A stretch of DNA of 64,000 nucleotides from Minutocellus sp. GHC0000111 (lineage: Eukaryota), in the NCBI GenBank assembly GCA_977018835.1, contig OZ361259.1:806001-870000 (forward strand), in the 5' to 3' direction. This document shows positions 1 to 12,826 of the stretch, in pieces. Positions within the stretch are counted from its first letter, which is position 1, and each line of letters begins with the position of its first letter. The notes under the pieces are model-generated. The model searched no databases and was not told the DNA's origin. It worked only from the letters and a program-made list of their open reading frames with translations. The translations under genes and the position numbers were made by a program.

Positions 1-1
1 C

Positions 2-2018
2 CAGCTACTTCTCGATATTCATTTCGGAGAAGCTGATCATCCTAGCTTTGTCAAAGACTATCTTGTCTTGCAGCGAGACCTATTGTCTGATATCGGGCGA
101 GGCAGTCTTGGTCTACGAAATGACACAATGGCAACCCTCACATGCCTTGAGCCGTTCGTTACGGGGTATTACGAAGAACGTCGTAATATGGTTGTCGACG
201 CAGAGGACAAAAGTACTTTTGTGTACTGGTGGAACTTGGGTAAGCTTTTGTTTTCAATTTTACCATGATTGTAATGCATTACACATTGATGAAATTATCT
301 CAAGATCGTGGTGATTCACATATCATCAATTCCGTATAGCAAGATTCATATCCATAACTAACACACATTATTTGGTCCCCTTTGCTTTTCGTTTTTATCG
401 AAGCTGGCATTCCTGCTGAGTCCATCATCGTTGAGGCTGCGCACAATGCCCTTGCTTTCGGCCAATTTGTCAATACTCTCTACAAGCTCGCCGTTGATAA
501 GTTTGCCACAGAACTTGTTGGACTGAACATTCCAGCTCCAGGATATCTCAATGTCGAGAAATTTACTGGCGACACCGCCGCTGACCTCCTCAAGCCGTTC
601 CCTCCGATCGACTTCTTTTCAAAGTACGAGGCCGCTCCTTCCGACGACGAGCGCATAAACGTTGTACGTGAGGTGTTCCGTCTGCTGCTGCCAAATGACA
701 TATGGCTGAGTACCGCCCAAAAGGCCGAGGGGGCAAACAAAAATCTTACCCTAGGTGAGTGTATGTACAACATTTTACACTTGGTCTTTTGGCCTTGATT
801 TTCCCTTGTTTTTTTAGAAATGTTTCTGCTCGTTCTAATTAATTCCTCTTCTACATGCATCTGTGCTGCTACTACCACACTGACTTATGTCAAAAAATAA
901 TAGCTGATGAAAGCTATGACCCGTCGCCATCATACCATATCCCCTTAGTAATCCAAGCCCTGAACGACAACTTTGACCCAGCCACCTTTGAAACTTCAGC
1001 TGCCGAGTACAACACTATCCGCTACGCTGACTTCATTCCAAAGAATTGTCCAGCTTCTGCCGGAAATCTCAAGCCATCTGATCTTGACGGTCAAACGATC
1101 ATTCCTTCTTCTCATAAGAAATTTATTCCCGTTTTCGATAAGCCCAAGTACTGCCCCTTTGGTCTCGGTTATCGCCGCTGCCCAGCTGAAATCTTCAACT
1201 ACTTTTTTACTGGCAAACTGATGCAGAAGATTGGAGACTTCCTTGCACCTTCTCCTTACACCCCTGGATTTATTTTCACTACCTATAGCGTTCTTGCCTC
1301 CCTGGACACTCAAAATCCAAGTAATATTGCAGCCACGGTGGAGCAGGAATTCACTGAACTCCTTGATCCTCGGGGAGTTCTTCCATTCAGCCTCGATCCA
1401 GGCACAGGCCTTCCTGTCGTCAATCCCGCTTTTGACAAAGCTGTTCCGAAGGGCCTTACTCGTGGACCCAATAGCCTAATTGTTGTCCCCAGGAGCAAGC
1501 CCAAGTCCGGAGGTAGCAAGTCTTCTGGTGGCAGCAGCAGATCCAAGAGCACGTCCGGTGGCAGCAGCAGATCCAAGAGCACGTCCGGTGGCAGCAGCAG
1601 ATCCAAGAGCACGTCCGGTGGCAGCAGCAGATCCAAGAGCACGTCCGGTGGCAGCAGCAGATCCAAGAGCACGTCCGGTGGCAGCAGCAGATCCAAGAGC
1701 ACGTCCGGTGGCAGCAGCAGATCCAAGAGCACGTCCGGTGGCAGCAGCAGATCCAAGAGCAAGTCCAATTTTTTCACCCCCGTCCCTCCAACTCCGGCTC
1801 TGACAAAGGCTCCCTCGGCTACACCCTCCAAGACTTCCGATGTTCCGTCCACATCTCCGTCAGAATCTTTGAGTATTCCTTCCACGTTGCCATCCGATGC
1901 TCCTTCGGCGATTCCCTCCGAATTTCCTTCAGACAGTCCTTCGGAGATTCCCTCCGAATTTCCTTCAGACAGTCCTTCGGCGATTCCCTCCGAATTTCCT
2001 ACTGCTACTCGTAGGTAG
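2..2018 (+). CDS. Atypical cytochrome P450, 5'-partial, 3 exons (<2-239, 404-754, 904-2018), with a C-terminal Ser/Lys-rich repeat and Pro/Ser/Thr-rich tail
   Basis: Introns GTAAG..AAG (240-403) and GTGAG..TAG (755-903) join one frame. It contains the K-helix ExxR (VREVFR) and the heme motif PFGLGYRRCPAE. The I-helix region reads EAAHNALAFGQF, lacking AGxDT. Confidence 0.8.
1527..1766 (+). repeat. 30-nt coding tandem repeat, ~8 units (GGSSRSKSTS)
   Basis: GGTGGCAGCAGCAGATCCAAGAGCACGTCC repeats with period 30, in frame in the P450 tail. Confidence 0.97.
1901..2000 (+). repeat. 36-nt coding tandem repeat, ~2.8 units (PSAIPSEFPSDS)
   Basis: TCCTTCGG(C/A)GATTCCCTCCGAATTTCCT starts at 1901, 1937 and 1973. 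Confidence 0.9.
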
Positions 2019-2723
2019 ACTAGCTAGTTTGTTCATAGTAATCTATTTCCAAGAAAAGTCACATCATCCAATTGACCTTAGGTCTACCAGTATTTTCCCC
2101 CCAAGATTGTGGTACTCTCTGGTGTTGAGGGTTCATAATTCAATCTTTGTGGCGCCACCATTTTTCTGGAAAGCAATTTTGGAGAGCTCTTGTGTGCCCA
2201 TCCTCCCTCCATCTGGTTCCTTTGCCAGGCACCATTCTCATGCAAAGTGCATGTTTTACAAAAGATTTATGCTGACCTGTCAAATCACCTGCACCGTCAG
2301 CACACAGTGTTCATCGCATGGCACCACCTACCTGTAGATCTGTGCCTGTTACCAGCAGTGCCTCTGCTAGCAAAAGCTAGTAGAGAGACACCCAGACATC
2401 CTGGTCTGGGCCCTCAGATGCCCTGTTTCTTAATCGGGTGCACTTCTTAACATGAGATTTGCTCCAGGATCAGTGTCCGGCACGCATGCAAAGAGCAAAT
2501 TCCGTCAAACGACGATTTCTGATTCTATTTTCGGTTGATTTATTCAAACAATTGCTACAGCGGATTTTACATTTTGAGACTAGGGAACTCAAGCCCAACA
2601 ACCTAGGCGAGTGCTCAACATCAGACATGTTTCGCCTTGACGAAAAAGAGAGACAAATTTTACGTAAATTTTACGTCAGGAAAACAACAACTTGCGCATT
2701 TGACGCCTAGACGACGTAAATTT

Positions 2724-2955
2724 TACAACGACATCTTTACCTTCAAGGAGATGCTCCAGCTCGAAGACAGCGACAAATTCATCGACGCTGTCGACAAGGA
2801 GATTTCCGTCCATGCCAAGTGCGGCCATTGGGAGCTTGTGCTCAAGAGAGACCTTCCACGTGACGAGAATGATGGCAAGCGAGCCAAGACCATCATGTCG
2901 ATCTGGTCCTTCAAGCTCAAGCGCAAGCGCGACCCTTTTGGCGTCATCGTTGACC
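2724..2955 (+). mobile_element. Ty1/copia (CoDi-like) pol fragment, start of RT
   Basis: TFKEMLQLEDSDKFIDAVDKEI...HWELV...IMSIWSFKLKRKRDPFG matches the copia pre-RT/RT start; truncated on both sides. Confidence 0.75.
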
Positions 2956-3074
2956 CTGATCCTTCTTGCATCGGCATCTTCATCGCAGTGGGGCCAGCCA
3001 GTTGCTGGCACATTGCCACTGGTTCGGCACCTCCACCTCCACCCCCATTCTCCCCGCCCCTCTCTCCCCATGGA

Positions 3075-3585
3075 CAAGCCAGCGAACCCTGACCTTCAGC
3101 GGCTCACTCATTCTCGGTGCTGCGGCGGCAACGTGGGAAAGGGTGGTGTGTTCCTGCAGCTTTGTGGTTGGGGAGGTGTCGGAGAGTTGTGGACTGGAGC
3201 GATATCTGATACTGACTATATGAATCGGAGTGGAATTCTGAAAGATCAGCAAGAGTTTGTGTCGAAATCCTCTCGCCCCGAAGTTCCATTTGCCAACATT
3301 TTGGACAAAGGATGCCGCTTAGCTCTTGCCGCGCTGAGAGCAGGCAATCAATCGGTGCTTCAGCCATTTTGGAAGCGGAGCGACCGTAAATTTACCTCAA
3401 AGGAGCTGCTGATGTCTGCTGCAGTAGCTGCTGATCGAGCTGCTAATGAAAGGCAGGTCAACCTAGCCAAGAGGTCTGGATTCATTCAGCAAGGAATCAG
3501 AAACCAGCAATCCATGGCTGTGTTTTCTGATGTCTGGCTAGCCTGGAGCTTCCAGACAAACTTTATGTACAAATCAGTGATGTAG
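3075..3585 (+). mobile_element. PIF/Harbinger-like (DDE_Tnp_4) transposase, C-terminal fragment
   Basis: QRLTHSRCCGGNVGKGGVFLQLCGW..ELWTGAISD..NILDKGCR..QP..DRAANER follows the SD / DKGY / R..NER layout of this family. Confidence 0.65.
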
Positions 3586-3888
3586 ATTCATAATATTACA
3601 TAGTTTACTTCTATTTTGATTTGTTTCTATCTCATTTCCATGCGTTGTGCAGCACAAAGTCCTTTTGATCCTTTATCTGCATCATTGACGAAAGACAGAA
3701 AAAGAGGCTCTTTTGATGACGTATTTATGCGTCAGGCAAGGATTTTTTGACCGCCAGCCTCCCATTGCATTTCTGCTCGGTACTCCCTCGACTTGATTTA
3801 CCGCTGCATCCGCGCCCTATGGCTCGAGCAAAATATTTTGATCGAAACAACTGCTATTTTGTAACTTTTACTCCGACCCAACAAATTC

Positions 3889-4998
3889 ATGGAGAAATGG
3901 GGATGTTTCTTCATCGCAATCTATTTTTCTATTTGTGGCAATTTCTTTCTTGCTCACATATTTTATTTGCATAAGGACACACACAAGGGGTCTGAGGGTC
4001 AAGGAAACAACATTTTTTCGTCACCCCACAACAAAAATCCATTGATTAAAGAATATTTACAAAAGTCGAAGCAGAAAGGAAAGTGGCAAAAATGTGCTGA
4101 TTGCCAGGAGGACCAGCCCTGTGACAAAAGTGCGCTTTGGCATGCCAAATGTTTCCCTAAAAAAATAGTTGCCTCCAAAAATGAGACCAAGATCCACGTA
4201 GTTGTGTCACACTGCGTGAATGATTTATCCTGGCTTTCCAAGTTCACCCGAGGATACACAATCAGCAGTATTCATGTGATTAGCAAGTGTGGAAAGTCTG
4301 TGGAGGGTGCGCCAAAAGGTGCTGTCATTCATGACCTTCCCAATGTTGGTCGTAATGACCATTCATATGTTTACTACATCAATAATGTTCTCGAAAAGTG
4401 TGTTGAAAGAAGTGACAGAAAGAGGACGAAAGTATTTTTTCTCAAAGATGACATGAGCAAGGAAAATATGAGTCAAAAAGGTACTTGGAACAGTTTTGAA
4501 ACTATGCTTGGCCTTTCTTCCTCCACCAATGGATTTGCCTGTGGTGTAAGTAAAACTTTGGTTCGAGGAATGAGTTACTCTGCATTCCATGACACAAAAT
4601 CTCTCTTTACCTTTACAATGAAGAAATATGACCGGAACATCAAAGGGTACGCAGAAGATACATCTCCATTTCAATCCAATTTCACAACTTTTGGATCATT
4701 CTTTGAATCTCATTTTCAATTAAATTTGCCTGAGCTAGTTCAAGTATGTTATGGCGGAGTTTTTGCTGCATCATATAGCAATATTGTTCAATTGGATGCA
4801 TCCGCCCTGAAGAAGGTTGAGAAGACTCTGTCTCGAGGAAACAACATACAAGAGGGACACTACATGGAGCGAGCATGGGGACCACTTTTGGCAACGCCAG
4901 ATCTGAAGGCACATCAGATTGAATTCCTGCGAAATCGATCAATAAGGCTTGCTCCTTATTCGTACACGGGTGCTTTAGTAACCAAGATCATTAAGTAG
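3889..4998 (+). CDS. Type II membrane protein, DUF3431-like (putative glycosyltransferase-like)
   Basis: Intact 369-aa ORF with an N-terminal TM segment and motifs VVVSHC..DLSW, LPNVGRNDHSY, YGGVFAAS, GHYMERAWG. Confidence 0.7.
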   Translation: MEKWGCFFIAIYFSICGNFFLAHIFYLHKDTHKGSEGQGNNIFSSPHNKNPLIKEYLQKSKQKGKWQKCADCQEDQPCDKSALWHAKCFPKKIVASKNETKIHVVVSHCVNDLSWLSKFTRGYTISSIHVISKCGKSVEGAPKGAVIHDLPNVGRNDHSYVYYINNVLEKCVERSDRKRTKVFFLKDDMSKENMSQKGTWNSFETMLGLSSSTNGFACGVSKTLVRGMSYSAFHDTKSLFTFTMKKYDRNIKGYAEDTSPFQSNFTTFGSFFESHFQLNLPELVQVCYGGVFAASYSNIVQLDASALKKVEKTLSRGNNIQEGHYMERAWGPLLATPDLKAHQIEFLRNRSIRLAPYSYTGALVTKIIK

Positions 4999-5219
4999 TC
5001 TAATGTAGTACAAACAAACAATGTTGTACTTGGTGGTCACATGGATAAATTGAACTTGTGGGACAGGCTTTGGGTGAACTACTAGATCTAGTGCATCGTA
5101 ACTTGCTTGACCAAGGTTTGATTCTTCGAAAAGCGATTTGCTATGATTGGATGCAGCCTTTTGTAACATGTCTGTATCACATATGTGGGGGGGGTTGGAG
5201 GTGATGTTGAATGAGAGGA

Positions 5220-6375
5220 TGAAGGCCTACGACACCGTCGATCGTGAGCTGCTGTGGAAGATTATGGCAAGGTATGGCTGCCCAGAGGAACTCATCTTCG
5301 TCCTTCGCAAGCTCTACACCAACATCACCGTGCAACTGAAGGGATTTGGGGAGGGATTTACCATACCCTCCACCGTCGGCGTGAAGCAAGGCGACAATCT
5401 AGCACCGGTGCTCGTCATTTTCTTCATCAACGCCGTCGCCGAGTCGATTGAGCCAGAATGGAAGGAGGCCGATATCGATGTCCCTTGGTTGTCTGGCTAC
5501 TTTAGCCATGAGGCAAGGCAGGAGAAGCGTCACGGCCACTCAGCGCTGATTGGAGCGAGGCAGGATGTTTTTTCATTCTTCCTTTCGTACTACGTTGACG
5601 ACGCCGCTTTCATTTTGATGAATCGGGAAGACGCCGTGAAGGCAGCGACGCTGATTGTCCGTCACTTTCGCAAATTTGGCCTTACCATCCATGTTGGCAA
5701 TCGAGTAGAAGGCTCGCCGTCCAAGACGGAAGCACTATACGTGCCGTCAATGTGCCGAGGGATCAAGCGATACGAGGACATCCCAGCTGAAGAGGTCGCC
5801 GACATCGAATTGGTTGGAGAGGATTTCCCGCCCGGTACCTACATGTCGTTCACCCCGACTTTCAAGTACCTTGGCACCATTATATCGTGGGATCTCCGTG
5901 AAGTCAAGGACGTCGAGGCTCGCATCAAATCGGCCAACAAGCTCTTTGAATCGGCCAAGGCCACCTTTTGGTCGAACTCCAGGGTCCCGTTCGAGTTGAG
6001 AATGCGTTTTTACAAGGCCATCGTCGTCAACATACTTCTTTGGGGTTGTGAGAGCTGGGCGATACAGTCGAAAGAGGTTCAAGCACTACTAGTACGAGTC
6101 TTCCAGTTTCGCTGTCTCCGTACTATTCTCAAGATCAACGTAATGCACAAGATCTCGAGGGCTACAATTCTGGAACTGTGCCAGGTTCAAGACATCATCC
6201 AGACCATGGACCTTCGTCGAGCTCGGTGGATCGAGAAATTATCGCACATGGACTTCACTCGGTGCCCTCGCCTTCTCTTCGGCTGCTGGCTATATGGCAG
6301 AGTATACCACCGAGACTCCAAGCCACTCAAGACGATTGGCCAATCCCACACCGACAGCTTGAGACGTATCGGAGA
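5220..6375 (+). mobile_element. Non-LTR retrotransposon reverse transcriptase fragment, 5'-truncated
   Basis: KAYDTVDR, GVKQGDNLAP, YYVDD, FKYLG and LWGCESW motifs in one open frame. Confidence 0.92.
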
Positions 6376-6399
6376 AGCTTCGTTCCTCGAAAGAGGAGT

Positions 6400-7290
6400 A
6401 GCAGCAAAGGCCCCATACATCACGCGACAACGGAATCACAATAGCGGCTGCAATTGAGGCAATACCCACCCAACTGGACGCACTGGACCTGATGGTAGCA
6501 GACCAACACCGCCTGGGCGGAGATGGACTGCAGGACCACCGCCAATTCCTTTTCGATTGGCCACTCGCCAAGCTCCTCGAACGGCCCCCAGCAGACAAGC
6601 GCCAATGGCTCGTGTCGGTTATGATTGCCAGGGAATATGCAGCAAGACAGATGGGAGAATCCAAGACCAAACGAGGAGAACGACGGAACCTGCGACGGTG
6701 GATAATGCTCAAACGACCGTTCCACCAACGTATGTACGAGAAAGTGATGGAAAGATCTCAAGCCCAAATCGAACAGTCGAGACATCTCATGCCATGGCGA
6801 CGACAACGAGATGCGGCAATCACAATCAATCGGCCAACGGGCCGCATCCACCACCTCTCCGATCTCCAAGACCATCCGACGGAAAGCAACTACAATCTCC
6901 ACCCGGCCTGCCCGACTTGCGGCGACAGGGAAGGAGAGCTGCACGAAGCCAGCAACTCCAAACTCTGCCACACCTGCGACACCATCTACCCCCTTCCAAC
7001 ACCGAGACACCAACGACCAATCCGAAACTCACGCAACAACCACCGAAAAAGGAGGAGGCTTCGAGGATCTGACCAGGATCAACCTGCTACAAAGGCGAGG
7101 AAATTACAGCCGAACATCCACCTAACAAATGGATAGACGATACTCTGAGCACCGAGTAGAGTCACCAACCTCTCGCACTGGGGCCGACCCCAGCGACGAG
7201 ACTTGTGTACACCCAAGTGGACCTATGCCACTGGCTCTCTACGCAAGCAAAGCCCGTCAGGGACGACAATATAAGTAAATTAGTAAGGCA
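6400..7290 (+). mobile_element. 3' end of a second non-LTR element, fused to the RT fragment
   Basis: The frame changes near 6380-6420. QHRLGGDGL..QFLFDWPLAKLLE..KRQWLVSV.IAR resembles algal LINE pol C-termini. It ends in GGGACGACA plus an A/T-rich TAAG-like tail at ~7260-7290. Confidence 0.5.
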
Positions 7291-7629
7291 TTTAGCATTT
7301 AAGCAATCGGAGAAACTCCACCTTCACCATGTTTTGGGTGAATAGTATTTTACCTTTATGTTTATGCTTGATCAGTGTTCTCTTTCAGAGAGCAATTCCT
7401 TTGTACTTCTATCTGGTGCAAGCATCCAACGCCTGGCGTCCATCGTCCCCACGATTGGTTTGCCCAGCGTCTGGCCAAGGACGCTTCGGCCTCAATCGCC
7501 TTGGACGGGCTCTTCCCTCTCGAATTTTCAATTACTTCCCTCAAAAACTCTTCTTCCAAGGTTCTTTGTCTTTGAACTGTTGACTAGAGAAAGCCTTGAC
7601 GTATTTGAATCTGTGTCGTAGATCTAGAA

Positions 7630-9558
7630 TCAGACTGAAGGAAGATTGTCCTGCTTGCTCTTGCTTCTACTGCCACCTGTGTTCTTGCTCTTACTGCGGC
7701 CAGTTTGTCTGGTTCCTTTTTTTGAACTTTTGCTGCCACCTGTAGTGCGGGACATGCCACTTTTGCTTCTCAATGCTTCAGGAGGATTGGTGGCGACCGG
7801 AGCCATTGCCGAACACGTGCCACACGTCAGACGGCAAATGTTCTGCGATGCTGCACATCGACCGCTTACCTTGTTTTCGATGCGACCTACGAATTCACAG
7901 CTTCGTGCAATGTTGTTTCCGTTGTAGTCGAATTTGAAACGCAACTCAGGATCTGCACAAGTGCCGCAGCTTCCACAGGTGTCTGGACAGGCGGCAGACA
8001 CTCCAGGGAGATTGCAACGCATTTCGGTGGTTTCGGTGTCCAATCTTCCAACCCATTCACAGGACCTAGTAATGTTCATTCCATCCTTCGTAATTTTGAG
8101 TCTGAGGGGGCTGTCGCTGCAGGGCGTGATGACCGGAGCCTGGGTGGGTGGATTGGTGGTGACGGGGGCCTCGGTTGGAGGAATGGTGGTGACGGGGGCC
8201 TTGGTGGGAGGATTGGTTGCAACCGGGGCCTTGGTGGGTGCTTTTGTAGGAACTTCAGTGGGCACCCTTGTAGGTGTCTTGGTCGGAGAGGGTGTGGGTG
8301 GTGATGTTGCAGGTGCCTGCTGGCAAATCATGGCGGGTTGCACAATTGTTGCACTCCGTGTTACTTGCACATTCACGGGGGGCATCTTCCCAACAGGGGC
8401 AATTAGAAGTGCACCAACCGGCTGCTTGAACATCGGTGAGGTCTCTGGGACCGGAACTGCATTGATACAAAAGTCTCAATTGGTCAACGTCCGTGTTGCT
8501 TGCTCCGCTACATTGCCCGATCAAAATAGGATAAGTAACAAAGGGCTCTGGCGTGACATTCGCTTTGGGAAATATAGTTTGTGCACCATTTCCAAATTGA
8601 AAGATAGGGTAGTGCATAACACCGAAGAAATCATACACAGTGGCCTGGGAGTTTGAAGTGGTTGCAATGTCGAAGTTGTTCACTAAAGCAGGGTCAACAG
8701 GGGTCAAGTCGATGTCAACAAAGCTATCACGGTCTAGTCTTGACTGCTCGTGGTAGAATCCGAGGGCGTGCATCATCTCTGCAAGGTTCGAGGGAGAATG
8801 GGAAACTTACATGAGACATAGCACAGTCTTACAACACGTTTAGTGGTCGTCACGCCAAAAACATGGGGTCACTCACCATGGATAACAGTTCTGGGGAAAA
8901 GGCAAGAGCCTGCATTGTCAGAATGGAAGACACTTAATCGTTGGCAGGTTTGGCATTGGTCGCAAACACAACCTGAATCGCTCTGTTTCCCAACCCAGGA
9001 CCAGCAACCATCAAGATTCTCAAATCTGATAAAATGGTTGGGGATGCCCGCTCCGGCAGCATTCAGTGCATCCCACTCGGCGTAGTTGATGAATTCAAAC
9101 ATTTTTGTGTCGGCTGCAAGTGTGTTCAGGGGATCCACAATCTTGCGGATAAGGGTGCTCAAACTGTCCTGAAAGTTGCTATAGTCGGCCTCGTCAATCT
9201 CGTAAGGAACATAGATCTTGCCATCGCTAAATCTATTCACTTCGGGCCATCTATCGGAGAGTTCAACAGCCCTGTTCTCGCTGGCCTCAATGCCATCGAG
9301 ATCAATTGGAAGAAAGATGTAGCCACTCTGCATCAGAGAGTCTGCAAAGTCGAAGCCGAAATGTGACCCCATCTGAGGGCATGTCAAAAGCAAGTCCCCT
9401 TGGAAAAGTGTCCAACCCTCGGGAGTCGTACGGCACATGTTGTCGTCGATGTGTGACATGTCTAAAATAGAAGAATCAAAATCAAGGCCAGCAGCTCCGG
9501 CATTGACAGTGGGTGACATGATGGCGGCCGCACACGCGGCGAGGATAAGTTTGTTCAT
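7630..9558 (-). CDS. Secreted astacin (M12A) zinc metalloprotease with PT-rich linker, two diatom-type ShK-like Cys domains and Ser/Lys tail; one frameshift near 8320-8350
   Basis: Signal peptide MNKLILAACAAAIM. Intron 8876-8779 (GTGAGT..CAG) restores HEMMHALGFYHEQSR. Also GCWSWVG, Met-turn GVMHY, and two CxD..C.W/F..RC..C..TC..C domains. Confidence 0.88.
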
Positions 9559-9651
9559 GTTCCACAAGGGGCATGTCCCGGGCCAAAAATAAGACGCTAG
9601 AAGCTGGCCCTCTTTTCTCTTTTGTCTCAAGGACAACAAGAAATTATAAAA

Positions 9652-9730
9652 TTCTCTTTTGTATGCATTTCGCCCTTCAAAAATTCCCCACGTAAAAGTA
9701 GATCGTTCACTTTTTGCGACAAAAATTGAA
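9652..9730 (+). mobile_element. Short diverged Penelope-like 3' tail
   Basis: TTCTCTTTTGTATGCATTTCGCCCTTC..CCCACGTAAAAGTAGATCGTTCACTTTTTGC aligns with the PLE tail at 26187-26252. Confidence 0.7.
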
Positions 9731-10809
9731 AATTCGAAATTATAGTAAAATCCTTATTGATCCTACTGCTACTAGTTTAAGGCCAATTATATCTGATTTT
9801 TTTTATACACATGGCAAAGTCACTTTCTCCTTCGTCGAAAGTGACGTAAAGCCTTTTTTTTGGCCGACGACCGGAGAAGCCCCAAAACCCCTCCGGGAGC
9901 CTGTTTGGAACTGAAGAAAAGTCTGCCGGCCTCAGATTGAGATTTTTTTGGGAACCCGGCACTTTTTCATCTCGAGTTGAGTCGAGAAAGTCCAAGTAAC
10001 CCTGCACTTTTTCCAGAAGACTGCAAGACGGCTCTTCGCCCTCTCTCGATCTCGCTCGCTCAGCCGCAAACTCTTTCATCTTTCCGCTTCAATAAGCCCA
10101 AATGGTGCAGAGTTCTCCGTCTGGACCATAGAAGCGATCGAAGTATCGCTCGAGATATCTGCTTTGCATATCTTCTTACAAGTATATCTGAGATTATGTT
10201 GCGATGCGTCGATCTGTTCGCGAGTCATGCACAGGCGAACCTCCACGCCAAGAGTCTCTGTGTCATGATGCATGCCACCATTCGATGTGCCAGTTTTTAC
10301 TCTCACGTCGAACGCCACCCCAACCTCCCAAGCCCACCACAAGCTCATCAACTGTGTGATTCAAGTAATCATGTCGTATGAGCGTGTTCTTGGCTTTCCG
10401 TGGCATCCGATTCGGCGCATCTTCAGCGGTCTGGGTGACCGCATCTCCTGGTCCGTTTCGTCAGCAAGAGCAGGTCGGTGGAGGGATAAAGCGAGTTCCA
10501 TATGCCAAATGTACGCATGCACACTGCCGGAATGTTTTTTTGAGCCTTATCGCGGGGTTGCAAGCGGCGCATTCATTTTCTATTGTTGCTGGGGGAGTGC
10601 AGGACATGCGAAATATGCACAGTGGTTTTCTTGGCTGTGGCTAATGCTACAAATGCACAATTTCGCCAACTCCAAAACAACAATAATCAACCGGTCCGGT
10701 GCCTACATCATGCCGTCCAGAGGAATGTCTCGTTCGTCGAAAACATAAGTGCATTGGATCGTGTCGTGTTTTGTCATGTTTGATCTCTAACAATGATTGA
10801 AATAATATG

Positions 10810-12540
10810 TTAACTTGATAGTAATGACTGAAACTTCGATAATTTGACAATGTCACACAAACAGTGCCACCTCACAATCCCACATTTCGTCCAATTTACC
10901 TTTCTGCAGCAGGCTTGGCTCTTGTAGCCAGCCATAGATGCACGATTGGATCCTCCTTCTACCATGCATGACATCATGCGCCCCCCACCACCTGCATCAC
11001 CAGTGCCAGTGCCAGCACCAGCACCAGTGCCAGCATCATCCTGGAGCTTGCGCTTCTTCTTCCTCCCCACGCGCCCGGAGGAGGTTTCGTCCGCGATCTT
11101 GAGAGTCTCCTCCACCAACTTGGCCAGTCCCTTCTCCCAGTGCTCCGCCGCCTCTCGGCTCGTCTCGGCATGATTGCAGCCATCGGTGTACACCGGTAAG
11201 TTCTTCTTGCACTGTGATGAACTCTTGCTGTCATCTTGCGCCGTGCTGGCCCCATCTTCATTTGTCTCATTCTGCGAAACAATGCTAACGACAGTTTCCA
11301 TTCCTCCCTCCTTGGACAATGTGTACTTTCGTCCATTTTCATCATCCGCCTCAATGGAAGAAGCAGCTGATTTGATGGCAACACCATACCACGGTGCAAG
11401 GAGAATAGGGACGGGGCTACTCATAGTGGCCTCAATGTCATTGAGGATGGCCTCATCCACCTGCGGTAGCTCGGTCTTTGCATGTTCGGTGATCTTGGGT
11501 CCAATAGGATCATTGCGGATGGCCTTGTTGAACTCGGCGGTGATGTCTTCGAATCCTTCTCGGGCACAGTAGCACCCGTAATCGCGGCGCCAGCGGACTG
11601 CGATGTCATCGGGGTGAGGCAGACCATTGACGGCCATGACATGTGACGGCAGGGTATACCGTGCCTTTGATAGAAGCAGCAGGAGCAGGTCAAGTGCTCA
11701 CGTTTGAGCTGCACCTTTCGCACCCTCTTGAATTTCGGTGCCGGCAACTTAGAGCACCGATTTTTCTTCGCCGACCCCTCCTTCCTAAGCAGGAACCATG
11801 CACTTTCGTCTTGGCGATGGAGGTTGTATTCATTTCGCTGATGGCACTGCTCCATGACGATGGTCTCGCCGTACGAGGTGATAATTTTGGAGGTAGGGGT
11901 GTTGGACCAAGCAGGAACAGCATCAAGGTCAGTGGCAGCTCGGCGATTCCTCTCGACAGCCTTAATGTCGGCCTGGCTAGAGATGTGGCGATACGAATCG
12001 TCGAGGTTTTGGTTGGGCCGAACCCGGTGGGATTGTTTTTTGTGCGTTTCACTGAGCTGTTCACAGACTCGGCTGGCGACGTAGTCCAGTTCCCAAACGA
12101 TCGAACCTTGGAGGATGTCGATGTCTCCCTTGTCCGTAGGCACCACAATTGGCGGCGTCTTCCACTTGCTGTGCCTTGCTACTGCAGCATCGACTGCGGC
12201 AAGAGGATCGAGGCCATTCGATTGCGTGCTACAATCATTGTCGTGGGCGCAGCACGATCCGGCACAAGATGTGTCATGATGGGCCATCGTTGCAGTGGCG
12301 CTGCTGGGACCGGCGCATGTGTAGCCATGTGCCGGAGCGTGCGGGTAGCAGGGATGCGGATGTGGCTGGGGGGCAGCAGGAGCGGCAGCAGCAGCGCCGG
12401 TGGGCTGGCAAAGTGCGGCTGTGCTGCTCGCACCGACAGCACAGGAGTTTGTGCTGGAGGGGAAGGCCGGGCGAGATTGCGACGATTTCTGCGCCGCCGC
12501 GCCAGGTGGGATGCGGCCGGACCAACGCGCCTGAGACATG
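10810..12540 (-). mobile_element. Mutator-like (MULE) transposase remnant with SWIM zinc finger; internally deleted and frameshifted at ~11640
   Basis: PKFKRVRKV..LTCSCCFYQRHGIPCRH (CxC..CxH SWIM), continuing in another frame as DIAVRWRRDY. Confidence 0.7.
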
Positions 12541-12826
12541 CTGATGGCAGCACAGTGGCGACCTGACGAGCACTAGTTTATTTTATACTCGCCGCCGGCG
12601 CACTAGAGCATGATCGTGCTGTTGGGATGGAGGCAAACACTCTTAGCGATTTTTCGCGGCAATTTCAAAAAAGCAGCCCTCGAGCTTCACGCGCCGGGCA
12701 TGCCAAATCTGAGGCCGGCAGACTTTTCTTCAGTTCCAAACAGGCTCCCCCTCCAATAGCATGATCACCATCCCCCATCGATCGGGCGTATTGCCTTTAC
12801 CGTATGTTGCGGCGGTCGCTCTTGGG

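Noticed and set aside
1527..1766. Regular 30-nt repeat as a CRISPR array
   Set aside because: It has no spacers, is in-frame coding sequence, has no cas genes nearby, and is in a eukaryotic context.
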